Assembly: GCA_054600435.1 (NCBI GenBank)
Contig: BAAIJX010000020.1
Location: 62,001 to 126,000 of the forward strand
DNA from: Neophaeotheca triangularis
Lineage: Eukaryota
Direction of reading: 5' to 3'
Length of the DNA stretch: 64,000 nt
The notes beneath the pieces are model-generated. The model was not told the DNA's origin and ran no database searches. It saw only the letters and a program-made list of their open reading frames with translations. Below, one piece after another: positions 37,027 through 47,759 of the stretch. Made by a program: the position numbers and the translations under genes. Numbering within the stretch: the stretch's first letter is position 1; the number at the start of each line of letters is the position of its first letter.

Positions 37027-37542
37027 GTAGGGGGTATTGGGGAAGTGGAGTGTTGGAGTGGGAGGTTGGGGGGATGCGAAAGGGGAAATGAGATGTGCGG
37101 TTGTTGACGCGATTTGGGGGTTGGGAAAGGGAGAGGAGATAGGACTGCGTGGAGAGAACTTGGCTTGCTCGGGCTTTTGGTATGGGTCTGCTTCTGGACC
37201 GTACTTACTGTGACTGGGTTTGGAAAAGGCGGCGATAAGGGGCGAGCGCTTTCTTGCTCATTCGTTTCCTGCGCATTACGTGTAGATGCCTCTCGTAAAC
37301 TGATGGTATTTCTCTCGTCCAGTCATGAGCTCGTTTGTTGCCGTATCCATTCTTGTATCCTCTTCGCCCACCAGCGCTTAATCGATGCCGTGTATGTGTT
37401 CAGGAAAAGGGTATCGTCCCACTTCGCTCGTCGCACCCAAGAAAAAATAAATTCAAACACCATCCAACCACTCAATCCCCGACCTGGAAGAAAAGGAGAG
37501 AAAACGCCCTCTACCAGGAGACCAAGTTCGATTCCATCATCC

Positions 37543-38856
37543 TCACTTCCTCACCCCCGTAAACATATCAATAATCTGCACCGCAATCCTACCCACCAAC
37601 GTCACAGCAGCAACAGGCATGAAAACCTGCAAAAACTCCAAAACCCCCCTCGGCCTCACCTCGGTATTAATATAAGCAGTCTTGAATTCATCCTCCGGTC
37701 CTCCCTCAATACTAACAGCACTCTTATCACTCGGGAACCTCCCCGTCCGCATAAAAGCTTCCATAAGCGCATCCTTCTCACGCCACCTCGCCAGCAGCCA
37801 ATCATTCATCTCCGTGGGATTGTCCAACGGGATGGTGGAAATGTGGAAACGGCGAAAATGCAAATTCACAGACTTGGGGGGCCTGCCTTGGAAGTACACG
37901 CTGCGGAGGGTGAAAACGTCCTGCCCATATTGGTGTTCCGGGATGCCTTCGTAGGCCATGGTGATGTCGTAGACCCATTCGACCGTGTTACGCAATTCAC
38001 GGAGGCAGAAGGCCAGACCCGTGCTGCGGGGGAGCAGCATATGCGAGGTGTCTGGGATTTGCTGCTTTTGCGCCCAGGAGGCTGAGGACTTCCGGGTGTT
38101 AGCGGAGAGGTTACTGCCTTCGGGGAAGATGAGGAGCCACATTGGGTCGAGCTGGGAGCCGCCTCCGGAGCCGGAGAGTGGGCCACTGTGTTGAGTGTTT
38201 AGTTTTTGTAGGCGGTGGTGAAGGCGGGCTTGGTCTTTGCTCCATCTACGCGCCATAAAGATGAAGTTGTAGAAGACCATTGCGGGACCGATAACAGGGA
38301 CATATTTGAGAGACTCTTTCAGGATGATGTAGATGTGGCCGTGGGTTGGGACTGGGTCGTTGGTGTAGGCAATCCACCATAGGTAGAGCCAGTCGGTGTA
38401 GATTTGGTGATTGGCCATTAGGACCAGTCGTTCGGGGAAATGGACGCGCAGACTGCCGTCGGCGGCTTGGTGGAGTTGTGAGGGTACGCTGCCGTCGCCA
38501 GAGATACGGATGGTGGTGGGGGAGAAGCGCTGGGTCATAGTTGTCGCGAGCAGACCAAAATATTGCTTGCATAGTGCTTGGTATGCGTAGTACCAGTTGC
38601 GGGCGAAAGGGTATAGTACAAGACCGAGCAGCTGGGCAAAGTGGATGAAGAGGCAGGATATGGTGAAGTACAGGGCAAAGGCTAGGATTCGCAGGAGTTG
38701 CATGGCTGGGTTGTGTCGCGGGGCGCCCATAGGGTGTTCATTGTGTTGGTCGTCGGTGGTATTGCTCTCCTTCAACGCGCCGTTTGGGATACCATTTGCA
38801 GTCTCTTTCTTGCCAGCCGTGTTGCGCTGCCTTGGGCCGGAGGACGTGGAAGCCAT
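37543..38856 (-). CDS. Lysophospholipid acyltransferase (PlsC + acyltransferase_C), Cst26-like
   Basis: NHQIYTDW, YIILKESLK, FIFM.R.W, IFPEG, LLPRSTG, VYD.T.AY; first ATG at 38856 (track start is TTG). Confidence 0.9.
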   Translation of the reverse strand: MASTSSGPRQRNTAGKKETANGIPNGALKESNTTDDQHNEHPMGAPRHNPAMQLLRILAFALYFTISCLFIHFAQLLGLVLYPFARNWYYAYQALCKQYFGLLATTMTQRFSPTTIRISGDGSVPSQLHQAADGSLRVHFPERLVLMANHQIYTDWLYLWWIAYTNDPVPTHGHIYIILKESLKYVPVIGPAMVFYNFIFMARRWSKDQARLHHRLQKLNTQHSGPLSGSGGGSQLDPMWLLIFPEGSNLSANTRKSSASWAQKQQIPDTSHMLLPRSTGLAFCLRELRNTVEWVYDITMAYEGIPEHQYGQDVFTLRSVYFQGRPPKSVNLHFRRFHISTIPLDNPTEMNDWLLARWREKDALMEAFMRTGRFPSDKSAVSIEGGPEDEFKTAYINTEVRPRGVLEFLQVFMPVAAVTLVGRIAVQIIDMFTGVRK

Positions 38857-39267
38857 GCTGGAGGTTGTCTCTCTCGGCGGGTCGAGTCGATAGGGTAGAT
38901 GTAGGTGTATCTTCTGGCCAAAAGCCTCTTTTTGTTTCGAATCCAAGGCTGAAGGAGCTCTAGAACCGAACCTCCATACCTAGAGTATGTGTAGGGCAGG
39001 GCCAGGGTCAGGTGGTGTGTGAGAGTGTTTTGCTGACTTGAGTGATTCAGATTAGAAAGGAACGGCCGATGCCAGAATGCGCGTCATTCTGATGGGAAAA
39101 ACACAAACGGCCTTCAGGTCCCATGCACCAAATGCCCCGCCGGTCTTAACTCCGTCCCCGGCCGTGATCGTTAAACACGCTTACCCGCGTATTGATGGAA
39201 CTTTGATTAAGACCAGACATGTCCTCCCTCGCTGACTGACCGACCTACACCCTTTGAACATGGGACG

Positions 39268-40694
39268 ATGATGCGAACATGGCGGTGCGTACAGAGCACA
39301 AGCCGCGCAAAGAGATGCTTCACCACAACCGCTTCAAGGCGCCTCGTCAAGGACCTTGCTAAGCTACCTGATCGCGTCCATCCAAGCTTCGAGGGTAAAA
39401 CAGCACTTCCAACCAGGCACAGCATCACACGACATCAGTAGCTAACGACAACATCCCAGAAACAAGCAGTCATGACCTCCTCGCCCTCCGCTGGCCCTCC
39501 CCACCACGCAATGTACTCCTTGTATGCAAGGAAGACGACTCTACCGTCACCGATGCCCTGATAGAATATGCCCAGCACATCCAGTCCAGCTATCCAGACG
39601 TCTCCCTTATCTTCGAACCCGATGTCGCCCAGAAAGTCCACACTGCCTTTTCTTGCCCCGTCTACGCCCCTGATAGTGTGAGCAAAATCTGCTATGATGA
39701 GAAGGTAGACATAACATCCACACTCGGCGGCGATGGTACAATCCTGCATGCCGCCTCGCTCTTCGCAACAGCCAAGAGCGTTCCCCCCGTCCTATCCTTC
39801 AGCATGGGCACTCTAGGTTTCCTCGGCGAGTGGAAATTCCACGAATATAAGCGCGCCTTCAGAGAAGCCTACATGTCCGGCGCGCCCTCCCCCTTGCCCG
39901 CGGAAACAACCACCACCATCACCGACGGCGGCAGCGGTCCCCGCCAAACAACCACCACCACCACCACCACCACGACACCCTCCGCCTCCGGCTGGGCTCA
40001 CTCCCACCTCCGCGGCAAATCCCTCGGCCACTCACGCTCCAGCCGCATCCTCCTCCGCAACCGCCTACGAATCGGCCTCTACAACACCTCCAATCAACGC
40101 CTGCCCACCGCCTCGCCCTTCACGAACCAATCCTCAACCACCAACCCCCACGACATCTTCGCACTAAACGAAGTCCTCCTGCACCGCGGCGCGCTCCCCC
40201 ACCTCTCCCACATCACCATCCTAATAGGCTCTCCGCCGCACCAACGCACCCTGACAACCGCCATCGCCGACGGCTTCCTCATCTCCACGCCCACGGGCAG
40301 CACCGCTTACTCCCTCTCCTCCGGTGGCAGCATCGTCCACCCCCTCGTGCCAGCGATCCTGCTTACCCCGATTTGCCCCCGTAGTCTCTCGTTCCGGCCG
40401 CTAGTACTCCCCGCCAATACGCCCGTGACTCTTCGCATCGATCAAGCGAACAGGGGTAAGGAGATTGAGGTCAGTGTGGATGGGGTGAGGAGAGATGAAG
40501 GTTTGAAAGCGGGTATGGAGGTCAGAGTGGCAGGAGAGGATTTAAGGCATCAGGGGGGTTGGGGTGGTGGTGGGGTTCCGAGTATTGTGAGGGGTGCGGG
40601 GAGGGAGGCGGAGGGGAGAGGGGAGGAGGACCATTGGGTCGGTGGGTTGAACGGGTTGTTGAAGTTTAATTATCCTTTTGGGGAGGATGGGTAA
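39268..40694 (+). CDS. POS5: Mitochondrial NADH kinase; intron 39395-39459
   Basis: Presequence MMRTWRC..RCFTTTASRR, LRWP.PPRNV, TLGGDGT, SFSMGTLGFL, ALNE, ADG...STPTGSTAYSLSSGG, TPICPRSLSFRP, LNGLLKFN. Confidence 0.92.
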
Positions 40695-41435
40695 AAGGGG
40701 GAATCCGTTTTACAATCGTTGGATCTGGGGGCTGGAGAAGATGATTGTGGGGTCTAGTGAAGCCTTGCAGGTGCTGCTGTACCGTCGCCAGTCTTTATGG
40801 CGATGATGCAGCACATGTTCCAATGGCTCGCGCATGGTTTCAGTGTTCTCATGAGGAAATGCCGGGGGGAGATGTGCTCTCAGTAGCAGTCTACAGGTTC
40901 CCGTTCAGCGCAGCGACGACTGTAGATGAATATGTACACCGGTGCCCTGATGCTGCCAGAGAATGAAGGCGCATAACCACGCGATCAAAAGCACCGACGA
41001 CGAGATGCTGGCCGAGCCTTGATCTCGACGAAGCTTAAGCGTCGGAAGGGGAGGGCGGAGGGAAGGGGGAAGGGAAGAAAGCGAGCAGCCAGGGGTAATA
41101 CGTGGACACGCCTAAAGCTGAAATTGATGCACTCTATAATCAAACTCCCAGCCACAACGTCCACAACCGCGTTCTCTCTCTCCTCCCTTTCTTGCCCGCC
41201 GCAGGTATTTCCAAAATCTCGTCTCATAATCAAGATCTCTGAATTCCAAGAAGGAAAGCGTCTTAATCAGTGATTGTAACCTGCAGAAATTTGGCAGGCT
41301 AAGCAGGACAGGCTGAGGTATTCTACAGCGCCGCCTAACTCGTTTGTGCGCTAGAATAGTTATAGAATATCAAAGAAACGAAAGATCCAGTCAAAAACTC
41401 CATGGTATACTACGATTCAATGCGCTTCTGACGGC

Positions 41436-41445
41436 AAAAAAAAAA
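41436..41445 (-). terminator. Pol III T10 terminator of tRNA-His
   Basis: Run of 10 T on the minus strand about 65 nt after the tRNA 3' end. Confidence 0.6.
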
Positions 41446-41510
41446 GGTGTTCAGATGGCCTGGAGTTCAAAAGAATTGAACTCCGATGGACTTTAACCCA
41501 TCGATCTCGG

Positions 41511-41613
41511 TGCGGTTGCCAGGAATCGAACCTGGGCCTCCTCGGACGATCGTCTAGGTAGTAATACCATTGACGGCCACAACGAGACGTATTAACCACT
41601 TTACTACAACCGC
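41511..41613 (-). tRNA. tRNA-His(GUG) with an intron of about 31 nt
   Basis: GCGGTTG/CAACCGC acceptor stem, D arm TAGTAAAGTGGTTAATA, anticodon arm TCTCG-TTGTGG, T arm CCAGGTTCGATTCCTGG. Confidence 0.93.
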
Positions 41614-42067
41614 TTGTTGTTGAATATATGACTTGCATGCTGTATATAATTACTCAATTACTGACGATGAAGAGCCACGGCTTTTTGCTTCGCGTCATGG
41701 CGATTGAAATCCATTGCATGGTGAATTCACGGCGAAGCAAAATAATCACTGTGGAAAGAACTAACGCGACGGGATTTTCTCCCGAATATACGGAAAGAGA
41801 TGCAAAGTGCAGCGGGCGGAAAGCTCGCTAAATAGACCTGTCGGGAGCTGACATTTCCGTGCGATGCGAGCGTCCAGCCGAGCTTGCATTACCTTCCATC
41901 TTGATGAAGTTGACCTTGTTAGCGATACCTCCGTACCTACAGCTGCTGAGGTACTGGGACAAATGGCAAGTAGAAACGCGTTTCATTCCAATGCTTGAGA
42001 GGAGGAAGCGTACTTTTCAATCTTCCCAAGAAAAATCCTGAAAAAACTGGTCAAGACCTCTCTAGTC

Positions 42068-43810
42068 ATGGACGACATCGCGGGCTTCAATGTTTCCTCA
42101 GTGCAGCCGGAACAGGAAAGGGGCCAGACACCGTTCTTTACGCCCAGAGTGATCACGGCCTTACTGGTCTGCTTCATTGCGCTCTTGACACGCTTCTTGA
42201 CGAATGACAACTCCAAGTCCAAATCCGTCGACAATGGCAAAGCTCAAACGGTGCCAGCGGTCCCATACTGGGCACCCATCATCGGCCACCTCCCAAACAT
42301 GGCGCTCAATGCGGACAGCTTCGTCAAGGGACTTCGCAACCGTTTCTCTGCAGGCCTTTTCGCGTTGAATTTCGGCGGCTACACTCACAACATCATCTTC
42401 TCGCCCGGCCATGTCACAGCACTCCTCAACTCGAAGGATTCCAATGTCTCATTTTACGGTGTCGCACGCAAAATCATGTGCGATGTCTTTGGTTTCCCGA
42501 GGAGCGAGTTGGACAAGTACGATGCAGCATACGAAGAGATTGCGGCCTGCTATCGCCACCTCCAGGGCGAACCGGGTCTGGGCAACATGGTAAAAATCAC
42601 TGCTGCCCAAATCAAGACAAACGTTCAGAACTTTGTCAGCTTCTCCCCTAGTTTGGTCGACCAAACTTACTGGGAGCGTGTCAGCAACATCAACGTCACC
42701 AAGAACAACGCTGGTCAAGATGTCGTCGAAGCCAGCTTCCTTCCCCTCGTCCGCGACTTCTGCTCTCACTCCGCCAACCCTTCCCTCGTTGGCACCAACT
42801 TCCTCACCAACTACCCCGACTTCTTCGACGACATCTGGACCTTCGACCGCGGCTTCCTCCTCCTAGCCGCCGGCCTCCCACGCTGGCTACCCATCCCAAT
42901 CCTCACCCGCGCCCACATCGCCCGAAAACGCCTCCTGGACAGACTAACCACCTTCCACTCAGCCCTGGAGGCCCAAGCCAACGGCTCAGACCCAGGCCCG
43001 GACTGGCGCGACCTCGACGACATCGGCGACCTAGTGCGCGCCCGCATACCCATCTACCGCAAACACAACTGGAGCCTGCGCGCACGAGCCTCAACCGAAC
43101 TCGCGCTCCTCTGGGCCACCAACGCCAACTCCAACTCGCTCATCTTCTGGATGCTCAACCACATCTACGCCGACGGCGACCTCTTGACCGCAATCCGCGC
43201 CGAAACAGCGCCGTACGCCACGCCACACCAACCGGCGCAAGAATTCCCCATCCCAGAACCGCCCCGCCTCTCGAACCTCGACATCGACGCCCTCTGCGCC
43301 CACTGCCCCCTCCTCAAAGCCGTCTACATCGAGTGCTTACGCCTGGACACGGCATCGTGGAGTCTACGACACGTCCAAAACGACTTCCACCTGACCCCAC
43401 GCGATTCCAAACCCCCAAACACAACCCGCCCGTACCTCCTCCCCGCCAACTCCTACGCCCACGCCGCTCACGACTTGCACAACACGGACCCCAAGGCCTT
43501 TCCCGACCCGCTGGAATTCCGCCCGGAGCGCCACATACGCTACGACGCCGGCACTGGCGCGATGAAATCTGCCGAATTGGGGACGTTGCGTCCGTATGGC
43601 GGGGGTGCGAGTATGTGCAAGGGCAGGGCTTTTGCTCTCAAGGAGTGCATGGGGTTTGTGGCGGCTGTGGTTGCCATGTGGGAAGTTGAGAGGAAGGGTG
43701 GGGGTGGGGAGTGGGTTTTGCCGGGGCATAGGAAGGCGACGGGGGTTTATGGGACGGGGGAGGATGTGAGAGTTTGGGTTAGGAGGAGGGATTTGGGTGG
43801 TGGGGAGTAG
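42068..43810 (+). CDS. Cytochrome P450, CYP7/CYP8-like
   Basis: N-terminal TM then PYW.P..GH, I-helix LWATNANS, ECLR, FPDP.EFRPER, heme motif YGGGASMCKGR. Confidence 0.92.
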   Translation: MDDIAGFNVSSVQPEQERGQTPFFTPRVITALLVCFIALLTRFLTNDNSKSKSVDNGKAQTVPAVPYWAPIIGHLPNMALNADSFVKGLRNRFSAGLFALNFGGYTHNIIFSPGHVTALLNSKDSNVSFYGVARKIMCDVFGFPRSELDKYDAAYEEIAACYRHLQGEPGLGNMVKITAAQIKTNVQNFVSFSPSLVDQTYWERVSNINVTKNNAGQDVVEASFLPLVRDFCSHSANPSLVGTNFLTNYPDFFDDIWTFDRGFLLLAAGLPRWLPIPILTRAHIARKRLLDRLTTFHSALEAQANGSDPGPDWRDLDDIGDLVRARIPIYRKHNWSLRARASTELALLWATNANSNSLIFWMLNHIYADGDLLTAIRAETAPYATPHQPAQEFPIPEPPRLSNLDIDALCAHCPLLKAVYIECLRLDTASWSLRHVQNDFHLTPRDSKPPNTTRPYLLPANSYAHAAHDLHNTDPKAFPDPLEFRPERHIRYDAGTGAMKSAELGTLRPYGGGASMCKGRAFALKECMGFVAAVVAMWEVERKGGGGEWVLPGHRKATGVYGTGEDVRVWVRRRDLGGGE

Positions 43811-44426
43811 GGGAGGGGGTGAGGGAGGGAGGGTTTGGCGTTGGTGGTGTTGAGGGAGAGTAATGGGAGTCGGGGTTGTGACCTCTCATTTGCTTATCAT
43901 GATCTATATCTTCCGCTACAGTAGCGGGCTTCTCTGCCCCGAAGTCGTTGCTCCACACAATCTCCCATCCCTGTTGACCTGCTCACGTGAACCGCGGCGA
44001 CCTTCACGCACCGCACCGGCCCCAAACCTCCCTTTCCCTGCCTTTCCAGCCTGAAGTAAGACACAGCGCACGCATTGTGCCCGAGTCAGATCAGGCCCCA
44101 GCACGCTGGGACAGGCCGGTATGCTCTCAGGCTACCATGCTAGAACTTCCCAGCGCTTCCAAACTCGACAAATGCCGGTCTTTCCATCAACGACGTGGCA
44201 ATCAAAGTCAGCGTCACGTCCAGACCAACCGCACCAAAGGTTTGCACGACCGGGCTTTCGCACCGTGCGTGCCTCCCCCGAACCGAGTCGAAAGCGCAAA
44301 CGACGTCGTAAATCCCACCCAAAGGGCTTTAGGGACCGTCGACCGAACAGACTCAAAAACATCGCCCTCCCCCTCCCCTCCTTCGCCAAAAAAAAAAAAA
44401 AAAAAAATCCCCTTCCGCTAAAGCCT

Positions 44427-44768
44427 TCACGTCCTGACACCCTCGCGCTCAACGGCAGCCCTCAATTGATCGAAATCGGGAAAGCTGATGTAGCCATCGC
44501 GCTTGTGGGAGCAGGAGTCCCAGCTGGATCGTCTGTGGTGGGCGGGGAGTTCGGAGGAGGGGGAGGCCAAAGGCGTGCTGGCGGGAGTTTGGCGAGGGGA
44601 GTTGGGGCGCGAAGCGACTTTGGCGAGAGCGCTGGTTGCGTCTATGGGTGAGGGCTTGTTGTTGGGGCTTTTGCGGGAGTTGTAGGAGTGTTGGCGGTCC
44701 AGGGAGGGGGGGGTTATTGTTGAGGGGGTTAGGGGGGAGCGCTTTTTGGGGGCATTTGGAGTGGCCAT
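44427..44768 (-). CDS. Small Ser/Pro-rich protein (113 aa) with C-terminal YISFPDF motif
   Basis: accATG context after a C/A-rich leader; RRSSWDS..KRDGYISFPDFDQLR. Confidence 0.6.
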   Translation of the reverse strand: MATPNAPKKRSPLTPSTITPPSLDRQHSYNSRKSPNNKPSPIDATSALAKVASRPNSPRQTPASTPLASPSSELPAHHRRSSWDSCSHKRDGYISFPDFDQLRAAVEREGVRT

Positions 44769-45235
44769 GGTTTGGGTGGTGGGATTGTTGGGGTTGGGGT
44801 TGGGGTTGATTCGACTGTGGTGGGGAGATGGGGTGGATTTGGGATTGCTTGGATGTTGGTTGAGAGAGGGTGGAAGGGGAGAGAAAGTTGAATGTGCGTC
44901 GATGGGTATAGATAGATAAAGGCTCATGCCGTCTTGCTTACCTGCACCCGTGTGCCTTGATACTTGCGCGGCATCTGAAAAGATGAGTAACATACATAGT
45001 AAACATGAGGGCAACAACGAATGGGACGAGTGCCTACCTAGGTACCTACAGTAGTAGGTAGTCAGTAGTACCTCAAGCTCTCTACGGTCGGGCATCGGGC
45101 ATCGGGCAGGGATGTGTGTGCTGTCAAGGCTCCCGTCTTCTGGACCAACGGCCCGCGGGCTAAAACGTAAACTTGGCGTGCCTTGAGTTGTTTGACAGGT
45201 AAAGCTTTGTACCTACCTAAGCTAGAGCGATAGGT

Positions 45236-45264
45236 ATGCTATGCTATGCTATGCTATGCTATGC
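45236..45264 (+). repeat. (ATGCT)5-6 microsatellite
   Basis: Direct copies visible. Confidence 0.9.
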
Positions 45265-46213
45265 CGTATGACTACTACTGCCTACCTTATACCTAATACC
45301 TAATGTTAATATTGGCTCAAGCTGCCCGAGTGTCTCCTAGTGGCGCTTTTAAAGTATTGACCCAGCATGACTCCATTCTCCAAGGCGCTTCCCACCAGTG
45401 GCGCACGGCAAGACATGTGCTGGTTGCCAGTACAGCACGCCACGAGTCCAACGGTGCAGCTGGGAGTTGTAACTTGTGTGGTAGGTATCAGGTATTAGCT
45501 AGCTATCTATGCCGGTGTGGAGTAGAAACGGATTCCCTGACCGTTCTAGGTAGAGTAGATACACAGTAACATACCCAGGCAATCTCGCCAGGTACAGCGG
45601 GCTAATGTCGCTCCAAGACAGCCCCGTCTACCGTCTGCGAGAGCAAGCGGATAACAACGGGCGGGGTCAGCCATCTATCTTACTAGTACCTACCCAACGT
45701 ATACACCGACTTGATCCGGCGGAACGATGGAGGTCGAGCACAGCTGCCCAACATTATCATTGTCATTGCCCCGCCCCGCTGGCCGTGGGCTTCGCAGAGA
45801 GGAGAAATAGTCAAGTCAAGCTACCTTACGCTGCCTTACCTACCCAAATCTGGGCTGGGGAGGATGCATTCACGGGTAGGATCTTTCCTACAAAGCAAAC
45901 CGGAGCAGCGATCGTATTATCATTTGGTAATTGTTCGGTGACGTTGCATTCAAACCTCTACTACAGAAAAGATATGGCCGCCAAATGCGGTGTTGAACGT
46001 AGGTGACGACTTGACGACCTTGCGAGGGTATTATTAGAAGGCCCTATTGGTCAAAAAGCGCTGATGTACCAACAACGGGACGCCAAGTCTCGCATCCGCG
46101 AAAAAGAACCTCAAAAGTCTCCCGAATCTTAAACAGCGACAAAATCCGACCCGACCTCACTTTTCATCTTCCTAATAACCACCCCCCTTTGCCCCATCTC
46201 GCCCTCACCCACA

Positions 46214-47746
46214 ATGTCCCCCACCCCTCTACAAGAATCCTCCATCCTCTTCCCCTCGCACGATCCCAACACCAACACCAACATCCACCAAATCACAAAA
46301 CAACTCACTCGCCAAAACCTCGGCATCCACAACCGGCTAGCCTCGATCTCCTCAGACGCGAGCTTTGTCCAAAAAGTCTCGCAGCACTACGCCGACCTCC
46401 CAGTCTTGGCCAACGAGCGCTGCGGCAGCTGGTACATCCCGCCCGAGCTCAAGCAAGGGAGCGCCTACTTCAAGTCTACAGACGGGCATGCGGGACAGTG
46501 GGGGTTCAGTTTGCGGAGACTGAATGTGCAGGTTTTGGAACGGGTGAGGGCCGCTGGAGGGTGAGGATTTTCTCCTTCCCTAGAAAGCTTTTGTTTTTTT
46601 TTGGGTTTGTTTCTTTTTGCTGCTTGGGTTTGTAGGCTGATCTATGGCTTGGCTTTTGTGGTTTTATGTAGGTGTGTCATTGTCGATAGTACGCGAAGGG
46701 GCAAGTCCATGCCCGACGCCCTTTCCAAGACCGTGCCGATTTGGATCAGTGTTCTGAACGCTGCTTTTGGCCTGGAGCCGCGCCACTCGAAAGACAACGA
46801 CCTTGGTGGCGATGTGGCAGACCGAACCAACGTCTTGCGCACTCCCGCCTCTATAGTATCGCCCTCGGAACATGCGCAGATAGCCGCTCGTCTCCCGGAA
46901 TTCGTGCGAGATTTTGCTTCGACGAGTCTGGCGAGCATTAAAGATGTTGTTTCTCTTGAGAAGCCGATGGAACCGCTTTGGGTCACCCCGGATACTGTCG
47001 AATTCCCTCCGCTGCCGGAGAACAAGCATGCCGTTATTCTCGTAACGGCTTCTGGGCGTACTTCATCGTCGATCGGCAACGAAGCTTACGTTCAGGGTGC
47101 AGCGGATGATGCGGAGAGCTGGGCGCGTGGCCTTACTGCGGGATTGTTCTGGAGGCATAGAGAAGACTTGCTTGCGGCTTCAGAGGAGGAACTTCCCACT
47201 ATGATTGAAGCGCTGCTGCTGGCTGAGAAAATTCTTGACGCTTCTTCTGGAAGGGTCCCGACGCTGGTAAAACCAACGAATACCATCTGGATCGCGGATA
47301 ATGCTGCCGCAGAGCACGTCGGGAGCGAGTACGATGTCGTCGTTTGCTGTGGTCCTGAGCCGAGTGAGAATCTCGAAGCAAAGCTGAAGAGCCGGTATCT
47401 GCACCTAAAGTGCGGTAAGACGCCAAAGATAGGTAGTCGTGACTTGCGCACACAGTTACCCGGACTTATCGCTAGCTCTTCACTGCGTGGCGTGAGTGCT
47501 GAGTCCAAGATTCTGGTTACTTGTCCAACGGGTAAGGACCTCGCCGTGGGTGTAGCGCTTGCTGTAATCTGCCTTTGCATTGACGGGCAAGGAGCGGTGG
47601 CGCCCGACTCTTTGGCCACAGGAGACCGCGCCGTCACCAACAAGTCGGAGATCAAACAGCGACTGAGCTGGATCATGGTTTCCATGCCCGACGCTTCCCC
47701 CAGTCGAGCCACTTTGCAAAGCATCAACGACTTTATTCTTCGATAA
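46214..47746 (+). CDS. RIT1: tRNA A64-2'-O-ribosylphosphate transferase; intron 46561-46671
   Basis: NRL.SI..DA.FV, ANERCGSWY, SAYFKSTDGH.GQW.FS.RRLN, IVDSTRRGKSMPDALSKTVPIW, YVQGAADD.E.W, PSRATLQS. Confidence 0.95.
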
Positions 47747-47759
47747 GCCTGCCAGAAGA

